Positions 48,535 through 61,494 are shown, counted from the whole stretch's first letter. The stretch is DNA of 63,996 nucleotides, filler included, from Peribolospora baueri (GCA_029717555.1; 35 parts of 35 records of this genome joined end to end with filler, not necessarily neighbours in it), one strand, 5' to 3'. Numbers and translations are program-made. Notes: generated by a model from the letters alone, not told the origin.

Positions 48535-49918
48535 TGTGCGCCTCAGCAACTTTGGCAATTCGCTGCAAATGCGCTTCGAGCGCCTCGGGGACATGGACGA
48601 CCTCGACGCTTCCATCTCGAATCTAAAGCAAGCGGTAGACCTCACTCCGCATGGACATTCTGACCGGCCTGTGCGCCTCAACAATCTCGGCATTTCGCTG
48701 CGAACGCGCTTCGGTCACCTCGGGGACATGGACGACCTCGATGCTTCCATCTCGAATCTAAAGCAAGCGGTAGACCTCACTGCCCATGGACATTCTGACC
48801 GGCCTGGGCACCTCACTGGTCTGGGCGGTTCGCTGCTAAGGCGCTTCGAGCGCCTCGGGGACATGGACGACCTCGACGCTTCCATCTCGAATCTAAAGCA
48901 AGCGGTAAACCTCACTGCCCATGGACATTCTGACCGGCCTCGGCACCTCAGCAACCTGGGCGGTTCGCTGCAAACGCGCTTCGGTCGCCTCGGGGACATG
49001 GACGACCTCAACGCTTCCATCTCGAACCTAAAGCAAGCGGTAGACCTCACTCCCCATGGACATTCTGACCGTCCTGGGCGCCTCAACAACCTGGGCGGTT
49101 CGCTGCTAAGGCGCTTCGAGCGCCTCGGGGACATGGACGACCTCGACGCTTCCATCTCGAATCTAAAGCAAGCGGTAGACCTCACTGCCCATGGACATTC
49201 TGACCGGCCTGGGCACCTCACTGGTCTGGGCGGTTCGCTGCTAAGGCGCTTCGGTCGCCTCGGGGACATGGACGACCTCGACGCTTCCATCTCGAATCTA
49301 AAGCAAGCGGTAGACCTCACTCCCCATGGACATTCTGACCGGCCTGGGAGCCTCAGCAACCTGGGCATTTCTCTGCTAAGCCGCTTCGGTCGCCTCGGGG
49401 ACATGGACGACCTCGACGCTTCCATCTCGAATCTAAAGCAAGCGGTAGACTTCACTGCCCATGGACATCCTGACCGGCCTCGGCACCTCAGCAACCTCGG
49501 TACTTCGCTGCAAACGCGCTTCGAGCGCCTCGGGGACATGGACGACCTCGACGCTTCCATCTCGAATCTAAAGCAAGCGGTAGACCTCACTGCCCATGGA
49601 CATTCTGACCGGCCTGGGTACCTCAGCAACCTCGGCACTTCGCTGCAAACGCGCTTCGGTCGCCTCGGGGACATGGATGACCTCGACGCTTCAATCTCGT
49701 TTCTAAAGCAAGCGGTAGACCTCACTCCCCATGGACATTCTGACCGGCCTGGGTACCTCAGCAACCTCGGCGATTCGCTGCAAACACGCTGCGGTCGCCT
49801 CGGGGACATGGACGACCTCGACGCTTCCGTCTCGAATCTAAAGCAAGCTGTAGACCTGACGCCCGATGGCCATCCTGACCGGCCAAACTACCTCGGCAAC
49901 CTGGGCCGTTCGCTGCAA
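48535..49918 (+). CDS. Second TPR(-CHAT) repeat array, about 10 units of 45 aa; alternative allele or paralog of 12537-14787
   Basis: Same scaffold; its last 127 bp (49792-49918) are identical to 14345-14471. Confidence 0.88.
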
Positions 49919-50018
49919 NNNNNNNNNNNNNNNNNNNNNNNNNNNNNNNNNNNNNNNNNNNNTTAATTAATTAANNNNNNNNNNNNNNNNNNNNNNNNNN
50001 NNNNNNNNNNNNNNNNNN

Positions 50019-51400
50019 CTTTCCCTTCCTTCTCCTCCTCCTCCTTTCCTTCCTCCCTCCTTCTCTTCTTCTTTTTCCTTTCCTTCTTCTTCTTTTTTTC
50101 CCTTTTTCTCCCTCCCTCCTTTTCCTTCTCTTCCTCTTCCCCTCTCTCCTTCCTTTCCTCCCTCCCTTCTTTTTCCTCCTTCCTCCTCCCTTTCCCCCTC
50201 TCCTTCCTCTTTTTCCTCTTCTCCTTCCCTCCTTCTCTCTTTCTCCTCTCCTCCTTTTCCCCCTTTCCTCTCCCTTCCCCTTCCTTCTCCCCTTCCCCTT
50301 TCTTTCTCCTTCCCCTTTCCCCCCTTTTCTCCTCCCCCCCTTTTTCTTCCCTCTTTTTTCTCCCTCCCTTCCTTTCCTCCCTCCCCCTCCTCTCCTCCTC
50401 CTCCCTCTTTTCCTCCTTCCTTCTTTCCTCCCTTTCCTCCTTCTCCCTTCTCTTTTTCCCTCCCTTTTTCTTCTTCTTCTCCCTCCCTTTCCCTCCCTTT
50501 TTCCTCTTTTCTTTCTTCCCCCTCTCCTCTTCCTTTTCTCCTTTCTTCCCTCCCCTCCTCCTTTCTCCTCCCCTCTCCTCTCTTCTCCCTCCTTTTTTTC
50601 TCTCCCCTCCCCCCTCTCCTTCTCCTTTTTTTCTCTCCCCTCCCCCCTCCCTCCCCCTTTCCCCCCCTTTTTTTTTTCTTCCCCTCTCCCCTCTCCTCCC
50701 CCCCTCTTCCCCCTCCCCTTCCCCCTTCTCTTCCCTCTTTCCTTTTTCTTTCTTTCCTTTTCCCTCCCCTTCCTTTCTCTTTTTCTCTCTTCTCTTCTTC
50801 TCCTTCTCCCTTTTCTCCTCTCTTTTCTCCCCCTTTCCTTCCTTCTCTTTTTTTTTTTTTTTTTTTCCTCCCCCCTCTCCCCCCCTCCTCCTCCTTCCCC
50901 CCCCCCCCCCCCCTCCTCCTCTTTCTCTCCTCTTCCCCCCCTCTCTCCTCTTCTTCTCTTCTCTCCTCTTTCTCCTCCTCCTTTCTTTTTTTCCTCCTCT
51001 CTTCTCCCTTCCTCCTCTCTTCTTCTTCCTTTTCCTCTCCCCCCTCTCCCCCCCTTTTTCCCCCCCTCCCCTCCCTTCTTCTTCCCCCTTTTCCTTTTTC
51101 CCTCTCCCTCCTTCTTCTTTCCCTTCTCTTCCTCCTCTTTTCCCTTCTTCTTTTCCCTTCTCTCCTTCCCTCCTCTTCCCTTCTCCTCCCCTTCCTTTTT
51201 TCTTTCCTCCCTTCCTTCTCTCTTTCTTTTTCCCTTTTCTTTCCCCCTCTCCCCCTCTTCTCTTCTCTTCTCCTCCTCTCTCTTCTTTTTTCTCTCCTCT
51301 CTCTCCCTCCTTTTTCCCTCCTTTTTTTCTTCCCTTCTTCTTCCTTCCCCTTCTTCCCTTTTCCCTCTCTTCCCTCTTTCCTCCCCTCTTCTCCTTTCCC
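50019..51400. repeat. Pyrimidine-only low-complexity contig, probable artefact
   Basis: Only C/T, aperiodic. Confidence 0.8.
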
Positions 51401-51505
51401 NNNNNNNNNNNNNNNNNNNNNNNNNNNNNNNNNNNNNNNNNNNNTTAATTAATTAANNNNNNNNNNNNNNNNNNNNNNNNNNNNNNNNNNNNNNNNNNNN
51501 CCTAG

Positions 51506-52771
51506 CCAACCGAGGACCATGGACCCGCTTAGCCGAGCGATACAACCTGACCGTCAAACCTTGGACCCCCGAACCCGTCTCCACCTCTGACCCCTTTTCG
51601 GTACACCTCTCCCCCACCTCGCTCGCCTCGCTTGTCACGCCTAAGACGCGCCTCGTCGCATTCACCGCGTGCTCAAACATATTGGGTGGACTCAATGACG
51701 TGCAGGAGGCAGTGAGGGTGGCTAAGGAAAGAAGCGGAGGGAAAGCTTGGGTTTGCGTCGATGCCGTGGCGTACGCGCCTCATCGCAGAATTGACGTCAA
51801 GAAGTGGGGCGTCGATTTTGTCGTCTTCAGTTTGTACAAGGTAAGAGGGGCGTTTTCCTTCTGTTCCTCAGCGCTCGCCAGACCGTGCGTCCACTCTCGT
51901 CCCGACCGTCCGTTTCACCCTTTTTGCGCCCTTCCATTCTACTTATTGTAGACATATGGCGCCCACGTCTCAGCTATGTACGCCTCCACCCGCGCCCAAG
52001 CGCAGCTCATGTCCCCTATCAACCATTTCTTCCTCTCCGCCCGTCCTTATAAGTTTCAACCTGGCGGCCCGCAGTTCGAGCTGGCCTACTCGTGCTCCGC
52101 GGTGGTCGATTATCTCGTCAGTCTCGGGTTGGATGGGAGCTCGAGCCCCAATCCCAGGTCCATTATCATCGACTGGAGAGGCGTGTTCGATCACCTCCCC
52201 GAGACGAGGGCTTCGTCCAATGCTGAGCTTCCTCTACCCCCAGCCAAAGAAGGCATGACGAAGATGGGCCTCGAAGAGGTGAACGCCGCGTTGGACAGAG
52301 CGTTCGAGCGCATCGCGGCCCACGAGGCTACGCTGCTTGAACTGTTTATGGAGTTTTTGAAGACGAAGAGGGACGAAGGCGTTAGGGTAGTCGGGTTACC
52401 GAGCGTGGAAGGGAGGGTGCCAACCGTCTCTTTCGTCGTGACGAACCACGAGGGAAAGGTGGCGGTTCAAAGCTCGGCCTTTGACAAGGTGTTTGGAAGT
52501 ACGCGCAAGGTGAGCCGCACACGAGGGTTCGGATTGTCGTCCCCATCGCGCTTTCCTCAACTGACCGGCTGTGATCATTCCCGCCCGCCAGTCGGGTATC
52601 CGCGTAGGCCACGCGTACGCCTACCGCCTAGTGGTCGACCACCTCGGTCTCGACGCTGGGGACGGCATCGTGCGCGTCTCTCTCGTCCACTACAACACGC
52701 CGGAGGAGGTCAAGTGGATATGCAAGGTCATAGATGACGTCCTGGAGCAGGCCAGAGCAAGTGACAAGTAA
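51506..52771 (+). CDS. Class V PLP enzyme, 3' half (exons 51506-51840, 51952-52509, 52592-52771)
   Basis: LVAFTACSNILG, CVDAVAYAPHR, FSLYK|TYGAH (PLP lysine), RVPTVSF, VRVSLVHYNT; overlaps 5401-5527. Confidence 0.88.
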
Positions 52772-53264
52772 ACACTCAGACGATACCCCTGGGAAGACGA
52801 TATCCCTGGGTGATGACAAGCCAAGGACGATCTTCCTGCGTTCTTGCAAAGAATTAGGATGCTNNNNNNNNNNNNNNNNNNNNNNNNNNNNNNNNNNNNN
52901 NNNNNNNTTAATTAATTAANNNNNNNNNNNNNNNNNNNNNNNNNNNNNNNNNNNNNNNNNNNNGGTTGCCTAATCCAGCCACCGGTCATCCTCTACCGCT
53001 TTCTTCCGGCGTCACAGACCAGGCGCTCCTTGCACGCAAATTGCTTTTATCTCGGATCTCGCCAGAATGCTTCCTCTGCTCATTGGCGGGGTGGGGCATT
53101 GACAGGTGAAACTGTGATAGAGCCGCAGCCACAGCTGCACTGACTGCTCGAGTATTTAAAGGGCGCCACCTTGCTATCTTCTCCTATCTGACCTGCAGTT
53201 CCGCCCAGTCTCGCACACCTGCTTCACTTTGCTGGTACCTCAACACGCAATTCTCTTCGTAAAG

Positions 53265-54323
53265 ATGTCCCCGGCCATTAACACCGACCCGGTCGCTCCC
53301 TTCTGCCACCCCGGCGATGAGCAGCGACCCACCATCTCAACCAGGATCAAGTTGCCCGACTTCTTTTCCATCCTCCATGGCTGGCCGTTCAGGCTCAACC
53401 CGCTTTACGAGAAGGTGCACCCCGTCGTCGACGAGTGGCTGTTCAGGTGAGCGCCTCTTCCTATCAGACGGGTGGGCTACTACAGGAGGCGAAGGTGAGG
53501 ACGACGTTGATGACTGAAGGTCCTTCGGTCTGGAATGCAGCTTGACATCGGACGAGAAGATGCACAAGATGATCGTCGCATTGAACTCTCCTCTGGTCGT
53601 CGGCTACTTCTTCCCGGATGCGGAATGGGAACAGTACAGGATTTTGGCTTCCTATATCGGTTGGGTAAGGGCTATGCCATTCTTACCGAGTCTCCATTAT
53701 CGAGTAAGATGACTGACCATACATCATTATCGTGTAGCTTTTCCTTTGGGACGATCGCAAGTGATCGTGTTTCCCTCGTCGTTGCTACGTCCCGAATGGC
53801 AAGCTTACAGAGCGCGTGTATACCTTTACAACAGCCATCGACTGCGGCGAGCTCACCCATGACCGCGAGGGCAGGAAGGCCTACATCGTGAAGGCCAATT
53901 CGATGATTGACCGTCTGCTCGAATCCTCCGGCCCCGACAACGCTCCTAGCTCCTCACTTCCTCTCCTACAAGCTTACGAGCAGCACCTCGCACCGGCCCT
54001 GCGCGCCGACAGCCCTCCCGGTACGTCCTCGCTCTCTTGGAGGTTTTCTGGCTTCGTCGTCACTGACCGCTTTCGCTGTCTTGATACCAGGCGGCTGGAA
54101 GCGCATGCTCGAAGGTACCCGCAAGTTCTTCGAAGGCGTAGGGAAGTTGCACCGCAGCTTTCCCACGGTCGAGGAGTATTGCGCAGTCCGGCGCTGGAGC
54201 GCGGGACTCGCGATGCATGTTGCTCAGCTCGAGTAAGTATTTCTTACCCACTTCCTTTCCGAAGGCTATTTTGCGGAAGCACTTAGTGGCCGTCACACTC
54301 AGGTACGCCAATGGTCTGGCCCT
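53265..54323 (+). CDS. Class I terpene synthase, 3'-partial; exons 53265-53446, 53541-53664, 53738-53756, 53835-54020, 54091-54232, 54303-54323
   Basis: IKLPDFF..WPFRLNP, FFPDAE, spliced WLFLWDDPID (DDxxD) and PTVEEYCAVRRWSAG..LEYA; TATTTAAA at 53153. Confidence 0.82.
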
Positions 54324-54599
54324 NNNNNNNNNNNNNNNNNNNNNNNNNNNNNNNNNNNNNNNNNNNNTTAATTAATTAANNNNNNNNNNNNNNNNNNNNN
54401 NNNNNNNNNNNNNNNNNNNNNNNAGCTGTTCAGAATCAGAATGAGCCGCAACTTCGGGATGAAAATGCTCCCCCTGCCCCCTCTGTCCCCGTCGTGCTTC
54501 CTCCCCCTTCCCCCGCTGGGTTCCGCCGCGCCGCCGTTCCCCCCGCTCTTGCCGCCGCCCGCCCCCCGCGCTCTGCTCTTGCTTCTTTGCCCCGTTCCT

Positions 54600-55757
54600 G
54601 TCTCCTCCTTTTTTTCTTCTCCCCCTTTTCCTCCCCCTCTTCTCCCCTTTCTTCTCTCTTCTCTCCCCCTTCTTTTCTTCTCCCCCCTTCCTCTTTTTCT
54701 CTCTTCCCTTCCTCCTCCTTTCCCCCTTTCTTCTCTTTCTTCTTCTTCTCCTCCTCCTCTTTCTCCCTCCTTCCTTCCTCCTTCTTTTTTCCTCCTTCCC
54801 TCTCCTTTTCCTTCTTTCTTCCCCTTCTCCCCTTCTCCCTCTCCTTTCTCCTCTCTCTCCTCTCTTCCTTTTCTCCCTTTCTCCCTCCCCTCCCTCTTCT
54901 TTCCCCCCCTTCCTCTTTTTCTTCTTCTCCTTTTCTTCCTCTTCTTTTCCCTTTCTTCCCTTCCTTTTTTCTCTCTTCTTCCCCTTTTTTTCCTTTTCTC
55001 TCTTCTCTTTTTTCCCTTTTCCCCTCTCTTTTCTTCCTCTCTTCTTCCTCTTCTTTTCCCCCCCTCCTCTTTCCTCCCTCCTTCTTCCCTTTCCTTCCCC
55101 CTCCTTCCTTTTCCCTCCCTCTTTTTCCTCTCTTCCTCTCCTTCCTTCTTCTTCCTTTTTTTCTTTCCCCTCCTCTTCTTTCTCTTTTCTTCCTCTTCCC
55201 CCCTTTTTTCTTTCTCCTTCCCTCTCTCTTTCTCTTCTCTTCTTTTCTTCTTTCTTTTCTTTTCCTCTTTCCTTTTTCTTCTCCCCTCTCTTTCCTTCTC
55301 CTTTTTCTTTTCTTTCTTCCTTCCTTTCTTCTTCTTTTCCTCCCTTCCCCCTTCCCCCTTCCTTTCTCCTCCTTTCCTTCTCTTCCTTTCCTTCCCCCCT
55401 TCTTCCTTTCTTCTCTCTTCCTTTTCCCTCCTCTTCCTTTTTCTCTTTTCCCTTTCTTTTCCTCTCCTTCCCCCCTTCCTTTCTTCCTTCCTCCTCCTCC
55501 CCCTTTCTTCCCCCCTTCCTTTCCTCCTTCTTTCTTTCCTTTCTCCCTTTCCCCCCCTTTCTTTCTCTCTCCCTTTTCTTCCTCCTCCTTTTCTCTTTCC
55601 TCCCTTCCCTCTTCCCTTCTCTCTTCTTTTTTCTTTCTTTTTTCCCCCCTTTTCCTTTCCTTTTCTTCTTCCCCTTCCTTTCTTCTCCCTTCTTTCTCCT
55701 CTTCCCCCTTTCTCCTCTCTTCTTCCTCCTTCCCTTTCCCCTCTTTTCTTCCTTCCT
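54600..55757. repeat. Pyrimidine-only tract fused to about 180 bp of normal sequence, probable artefact
   Basis: Abrupt transition from four-letter to C/T-only sequence. Confidence 0.75.
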
Positions 55758-56041
55758 NNNNNNNNNNNNNNNNNNNNNNNNNNNNNNNNNNNNNNNNNNN
55801 NTTAATTAATTAANNNNNNNNNNNNNNNNNNNNNNNNNNNNNNNNNNNNNNNNNNNNGGTCCACGCGCGCAAGCATCCGCTTTCACCCTGTACTATTCTG
55901 CCAGCATCGCTCGTTTGTGTAGCGTTTTGCCAGGGGATGTCAGATAAGGAAGTGGACGTAAAGGACGCGTACGAAGGCGGAAAGAAGGACGAGGACGGTC
56001 AAGGACGGTCACGCGGGCCGATGGTCATGACTTATCATCAG

Positions 56042-57178
56042 TCAGGCCGACTTCGGAGACCCGAACGTCCACATAGTCTTCGTAGTACTTCTGCCTCCCA
56101 CTCGTAGCTTCGTCCGAGTCTTTCTGGCATCCTCACGGACGAGTCGTATCGTAGCCGTGAATGTTGAGATGGCTACGAGTCGATCCCTTCGGAGGTGATG
56201 GTCAATGAGGCGTATCCAGACCCCTGTCCACGGGTGACCAGCCCTTCCTGCAAGCCACTGCCGGAACGATGTCCAGATCGTGTCATCCGACGTGTCCACG
56301 CTCCCTCTCCGAGGAAACCTAGCATTGAGCCATTCCCTGAAGAGCCACGACGCGTCAAGGGGTGACAGTCTTGGATGCGCCGCCAGCTCCCCCTCACCCG
56401 TGCCGATGCGAAGCGGCGGCGCACGCTTGTCAGCACTGGGCATCGGAGGAAGAGGGTCGTAAGGCGCGAGACGGGCTCGTTCCGCTCTCCAAAGCAGATG
56501 AAGGAGCGCGTGGTCCTTCTCAAGATCAAAATCCTCCACGAAAAGGACATCGAACGAGCCCCCCTTCGATGTTGTGATGCCTACCCCCTGAGGCATAAAG
56601 CGGAGGGTGGCGGGCGCACCCCGAGTGGCCGTCTGGACCTCTTTCCGAAGGGCTACAAGGATCGTCCGTTCGTCGGCACCTGAGACGACCCTGATGGTAA
56701 GGCGCCCACCGGTGGTCGTCACGGGTGAGCCTTCGAATGTGCCCAGCTCCCGAAACGCCGCCAGCTCGGGCTTCGTTCTCGCCCAGGCACTCAACGCCCG
56801 GGCTCGCTGCTTCGAGCTCGAAAAGTGGTCGCTCGGAAGGCCGGCGCGGAGTTGCCTGCCCTTCGCGTCCAGGGCCGCTTGCCGCTGGGAAGGATCCTTC
56901 ATCCATTCGTCGTCCACGGCATCGGCCGGCGCAAAGTCTCGCAGAATCGTGTACAGCTGCTCGCCGTGAAACTTTTCCACTCCGGCCAGCTGAATGAGGG
57001 CAGGAGATCGTCCGTCACAAATCAGGCCCATATCCTCGCTCCACATAGACCATGCACGGCTCACTCTGATGGCCGAATGAAGGTAGGAGGTCGACTCTGG
57101 CACCCCTCGCGCCCACGCGAGCCAGTCATCCTTGCCGAGGCCGTGAACTCGAAGCTCTGGAAAGTTCAAGAGCCAGAG
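56042..57178 (-). CDS. Hypothetical protein, C-terminal portion (over 375 aa)
   Basis: Long open frame running off the contig end; no family recognised. Confidence 0.55.
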   Translation of the reverse strand, partial: LWLLNFPELRVHGLGKDDWLAWARGVPESTSYLHSAIRVSRAWSMWSEDMGLICDGRSPALIQLAGVEKFHGEQLYTILRDFAPADAVDDEWMKDPSQRQAALDAKGRQLRAGLPSDHFSSSKQRARALSAWARTKPELAAFRELGTFEGSPVTTTGGRLTIRVVSGADERTILVALRKEVQTATRGAPATLRFMPQGVGITTSKGGSFDVLFVEDFDLEKDHALLHLLWRAERARLAPYDPLPPMPSADKRAPPLRIGTGEGELAAHPRLSPLDASWLFREWLNARFPRRGSVDTSDDTIWTSFRQWLAGRAGHPWTGVWIRLIDHHLRRDRLVAISTFTATIRLVREDARKTRTKLRVGGRSTTKTMWTFGSPKSA

Positions 57179-57278
57179 NNNNNNNNNNNNNNNNNNNNNN
57201 NNNNNNNNNNNNNNNNNNNNNNTTAATTAATTAANNNNNNNNNNNNNNNNNNNNNNNNNNNNNNNNNNNNNNNNNNNN

Positions 57279-58597
57279 TAGTTGATGCAGTTGAACCAAG
57301 TCTAATAGCGAATAATAAATCAGATACTGTTTCATAAAGAATAGCAGTGTTTTCAATAGTATCTACTAACACTATTGGCTTGTTAAGACTAGAACTTTGA
57401 AGTTTAACTCTTTGAGATATACGACCAGTACTATTACTTAACCAATCGGGATGTATAACAAAATATACAGGAATTCGATCTGGTCCAACTATAACTAATT
57501 TATCTTTATTAATATATCGTTTAATGTACTTTGAGTCCTTTCTACCATCTAATATTTCTGCAGCAGCAGGTATTGATGGATAAGAACCAAACAGAGTAAC
57601 TTTATCAGGAAGATAAGCATGAAGTGCATTTGAGGGTAAGCTCCAAAGATAAATATATTAAATTTAAGGATCGTTTACTGAGATAACAGTCTGTTTATGA
57701 TTAGAGAGAGGTTTTATAGGTTCTACAATTAATATATTCTCTTCAAGAATAGTACTATAAATAGTATGATTTTCCCAATTAGTATCTCTTGCTAATGTAA
57801 GTTTAGATATACCAAGACAATTAGCTGCTTTTTTAAGAGAATCAAAAGATAATATACTTAAACGATCTTCAGTATAAGATACTAAAGAAACTTCTGCAGC
57901 AACACCACCGAAATTAATCTTTTTACCTGGAGCCCAATTCATAAATGGGAAAGTCACTATCCAACTACCATTTAATCTAGGATGGTAATAATCGAATAAA
58001 GCTTGTTCGTATAACCTTGCTTCGAATTTATAAAAAGATTGTAAAATAAACTTATGATCATCAGGTATAATAGTTTTGTTTATTTTTAAAAGGCTCCGCA
58101 CAATATAGTGATTTTTACTTATTACAATTTGGGTAATTAATGCCAAGTAAAATTATGAATACCATCTTGCATCATTGATGCATAAAGAGGTGATAAATCT
58201 TCACCTGCTCGTTCACTCAGAGTGACATGACTTCTAAATCGCACCATTAGATCTATTGCAGATCCAACATATTGAAGATGGTCATGTAAAGTATTTGTGA
58301 ATAGATAGCATCCTGACATTCCTTTATAATTAGTAGCTTTTGTAGCTTTATTTTCACTATTCATATTATGTGCTTTCATGTAGTATATTTTTCGCGCGGA
58401 GCGACCCTTCTTTTTATTAGCAACTATTTTAGTATGCCCTGTAAGTGGAAGTAGTAACCATGTACAATGTTTATTTAAATAATTGTACGATAGTGAATCT
58501 TTAGGAAGACTTTCCATCATATTTTTCAATACTTCACGCGCAGCGCTGCGCGCAGCGCATTCTTGATATTATTAGTTTCACTCTATGGTACATATTT
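57279..58597 (-). mobile_element. Mitochondrial intron-type GIY-YIG ORF, frameshifted
   Basis: AT-rich; SGCYLFTNTLHDHLQYVGSA motif; GC-rich inserts at about 58393 and 58537. Confidence 0.75.
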
Positions 58598-58697
58598 NNN
58601 NNNNNNNNNNNNNNNNNNNNNNNNNNNNNNNNNNNNNNNNNTTAATTAATTAANNNNNNNNNNNNNNNNNNNNNNNNNNNNNNNNNNNNNNNNNNNN

Positions 58698-59920
58698 TCC
58701 CCTCCCCTTCTTTTCTTCTTCCCTCCCCCTCCCCCTTTTCCTCTCCCTTTTCCCCCTCCTCCCCTCCCCCTTCTTTCTCTTTCCTCCTCCCCCTTCCTTC
58801 CCCTTTTCCCCCCCTTCCCCTTTCTTCTCCTCCCCCTCTTCTCCTTCCTCCCTTTCCTCTTCTCTCCTCCCTCTCCCTCCTTCCTCTTCTTCTTCTCTTT
58901 CTTCTTCTCTTTCCTTCTCTTTTTCCTTTTTCCCCTCCCCTCCTTTCTCTTCCCTTCCTCCTCTTTTTTTCTTCCCCTCTTCTCCCTCTCTTTCTTCCTC
59001 TCCTCCCTCCTCTTTCTTCCTTTTTTCTTCTTTTCCCCTCTCTTCTCCCTCTTTTCCCTCCTCTCCCTCCCTCCTCCCTCTTCTCCTTCCCCCCCTTCTT
59101 TTCCTCCCTCTTTCTCTCCCTCTTTCCTCTTCTTCCCCTCTCTCCTCTCCCTTTCTTTCCTTCTCTTTTTCCTCCTTCTTTTTCCCCCCTCCTTCTTCCT
59201 TTTCCTTCCCTCCCCCTCCCTCTCCTTCCCCCCCCCCCTCTCCTCCCCTTCTCTCTCCCTTTCCTTCTCTTCTTCTCCCCTTCCTTTCCTCTTCCCCTCC
59301 CTTTCTCCTTCCCTTCTCCCTTTTTTTCCTTTTTTCCTTTCTTCTTTCTCCTCCCCCTCTCTTCCTTCTCTTCCTCCTTTTCTTTCCCTCCTTTTTTCCT
59401 CCCTTCTCTTTTCCCCTTCCCTTTTTCCCTTCCTCTTTCCTTCTTCTTCTTTCCTTCTTTCTCCTCTTTCCCCTTCCCCTTCCCTTTCCTCTCCCCTTCT
59501 CCTCCTTTTTTTTTTTTCTTTTCCCCTTCTTTCCCTCTTTCTCCTTTTCCTTCTCTCCTTTTTTCCTCTTTCCCTTTCCTTTCCTTTCCCTCCCTTCCCT
59601 CTTCCTTTCCCCTCTTCCTTCCTTTTTCCTCCCTTCCCCTTTTTCCCTTCTTCTTTTCCCTCCCCTCCCTCTCTCTCCCTTCCCCCCCCTCTTCCTCTCT
59701 TTCCCCTTCTCCCCCTTCCCTCCTTTCTTCTCCCCTTTTCCCCCTTTTCCCCCCTTTTCTTTCCTCTCCCTTCTCCTTCCCCCCTCCCCCTCTTTCCCCC
59801 TCCTTCCCCTCCCCCTCTCCCCTCTTCCTTCCCTTTTTCCCCTTTCTTTTTCCTTCTTTTCCTCCCTCCCCCTTCTCCTCTCCCCCTCTTCTCTTTCTTT
59901 TTCTCTCTTCCCCTCTTCTT
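58698..59920. repeat. Pyrimidine-only tract ending in 60 bp of AT-rich sequence, probable artefact
   Basis: Only C/T until 59920. Confidence 0.75.
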
Positions 59921-60248
59921 AATTAACATATATATTAAAATAAGGAATGTTTATGTATTATTGTAACCTTTAAAAAAGGANNNNNNNNNNNNNNNNNNNN
60001 NNNNNNNNNNNNNNNNNNNNNNNNTTAATTAATTAANNNNNNNNNNNNNNNNNNNNNNNNNNNNNNNNNNNNNNNNNNNNGCTCCATACCAACCATAGCC
60101 ATGAGAACGTAACGGGTAGGAGGGTCCTGGCGGGAAAGGTGCATAGTGCAGAGCGTGCTCATCAACTGGGCTGTCGGTACGCCAAGCAGATGAAAGCGGT
60201 CGAGTCAGCGTATTCGGCACACATACTCCAGGCGCGTTAGAGACTCAC

Positions 60249-60837
60249 CAAGCTTGACAGGTGACATGCCCGTGCGCGCAGCAATGTACTTGATATCGGC
60301 GCCCTGCCCAGCACTGTCAAGGCCCTGAATTGCGTCTGCGACCTTGCCTTCGGCGGCGGCGCCTGCGAGAGAGCGCTATCAAAGTGAGTCGTCCATCGGA
60401 GGGCGATGGTTCGCCCAAGGTCAAGAGTCTTACCAGTGGCGGCGCTGTCGTGAAAGCCATTACCAGCATAGAAGGCGAAGGGACTGGATGGTGTGACCAG
60501 AGCATGAAGAAGCCCTGCGTAGAACGCACGTCGAATGGCCGGGCATGACCTGCGCGTCAGCGATCGGATGGCCGTGGACGCGGTGGAGATAACGAACTGG
60601 ATGCCTGCACCGAGGCTGCGCTTGACTTACGACTCGGAAGACCGGCGACTCACCAGAGTAGCCTCTGACCTTGGAAATGGCCTCGTGCGCCTGGAGCGTG
60701 CATGGAGAATCGGTCGAGTCGTAAGGGTGAGGGTGATCGAGCGTCAGAGGAGGCAGGTTGTCCTTGCGGAGCTCCGCTTGGAGCTCGGCCACTGCGGCTG
60801 AGAGGTTATTGAGCGCAGTTTGCAGTGTGTCGGTCAT
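60249..60837 (-). CDS. O-methyltransferase-like N-terminal/dimerisation region, partial (exons 60837-60654, 60514-60434, 60362-60249)
   Basis: Spliced frame gives ..LLHALVTPS..GFHDSAATGAAAEGKVADAI..GADIKYIAARTGMSPVKL, resembling the fungal OMT winged helix. Confidence 0.55.
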
Positions 60838-61494
60838 GGTTGTAGGTCCGACTTGATTTGAGGCAATTGAGGAGAGCGAGGGATCTGATATATCAGGGAA
60901 CGAATGGGTCCAAGTGAGGGTGTTATGCAGGCACGAACAGGTGGAACGTTGTCAGGGAGGGGGCCCAACCTAGGACCGGCCCCTTCACGTCAGCAGGTAG
61001 ATCGCTTCCGTAAATCGAATGGAGTAAGGCTCGCAAACCTGGCGAACCTCCTAACTTATGCGTTCACTCCGAATTGGAAAAAGCCTAGCAGTTGGTAGCG
61101 CTGGTTACTACCAGGCGGCCTGCTAGGGGGCGAAGAGAGAAGACTGGTAGCGGCCATGATACTAGATTCGTTGAAGGAACTGGAGGAACAGAAGAAGGGG
61201 TGGGGCATTATTATCCTTTAGGAAGGATATGGCCCGATCGTTCTTCTCTGGGGCCGGTGGGGGAGAACAACGGAAGGAAGAACAACGAGGGGAATAATGG
61301 GATCCGCGAGCGATCGAGACTGGCGACGAGTGGGAGGGTCACGTGACNNNNNNNNNNNNNNNNNNNNNNNNNNNNNNNNNNNNNNNNNNNNTTAATTAAT
61401 TAANNNNNNNNNNNNNNNNNNNNNNNNNNNNNNNNNNNNNNNNNNNNTCGCCTCACCACGAACGTCACTCGCCAAATCCTCCATATCCGCCACC

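Noticed and set aside
54441..59929. Long F/L/P/S-rich and K/R/E/G-rich ORFs (454, 439 and 427 aa)
   Set aside because: Two-letter sequence cannot contain stop codons, so these are not genes.
46996..60837. Secondary-metabolite cluster of P450, NmrA, terpene synthase and OMT
   Set aside because: These genes are on separate contigs ordered by length; only P450 and NmrA are truly adjacent.
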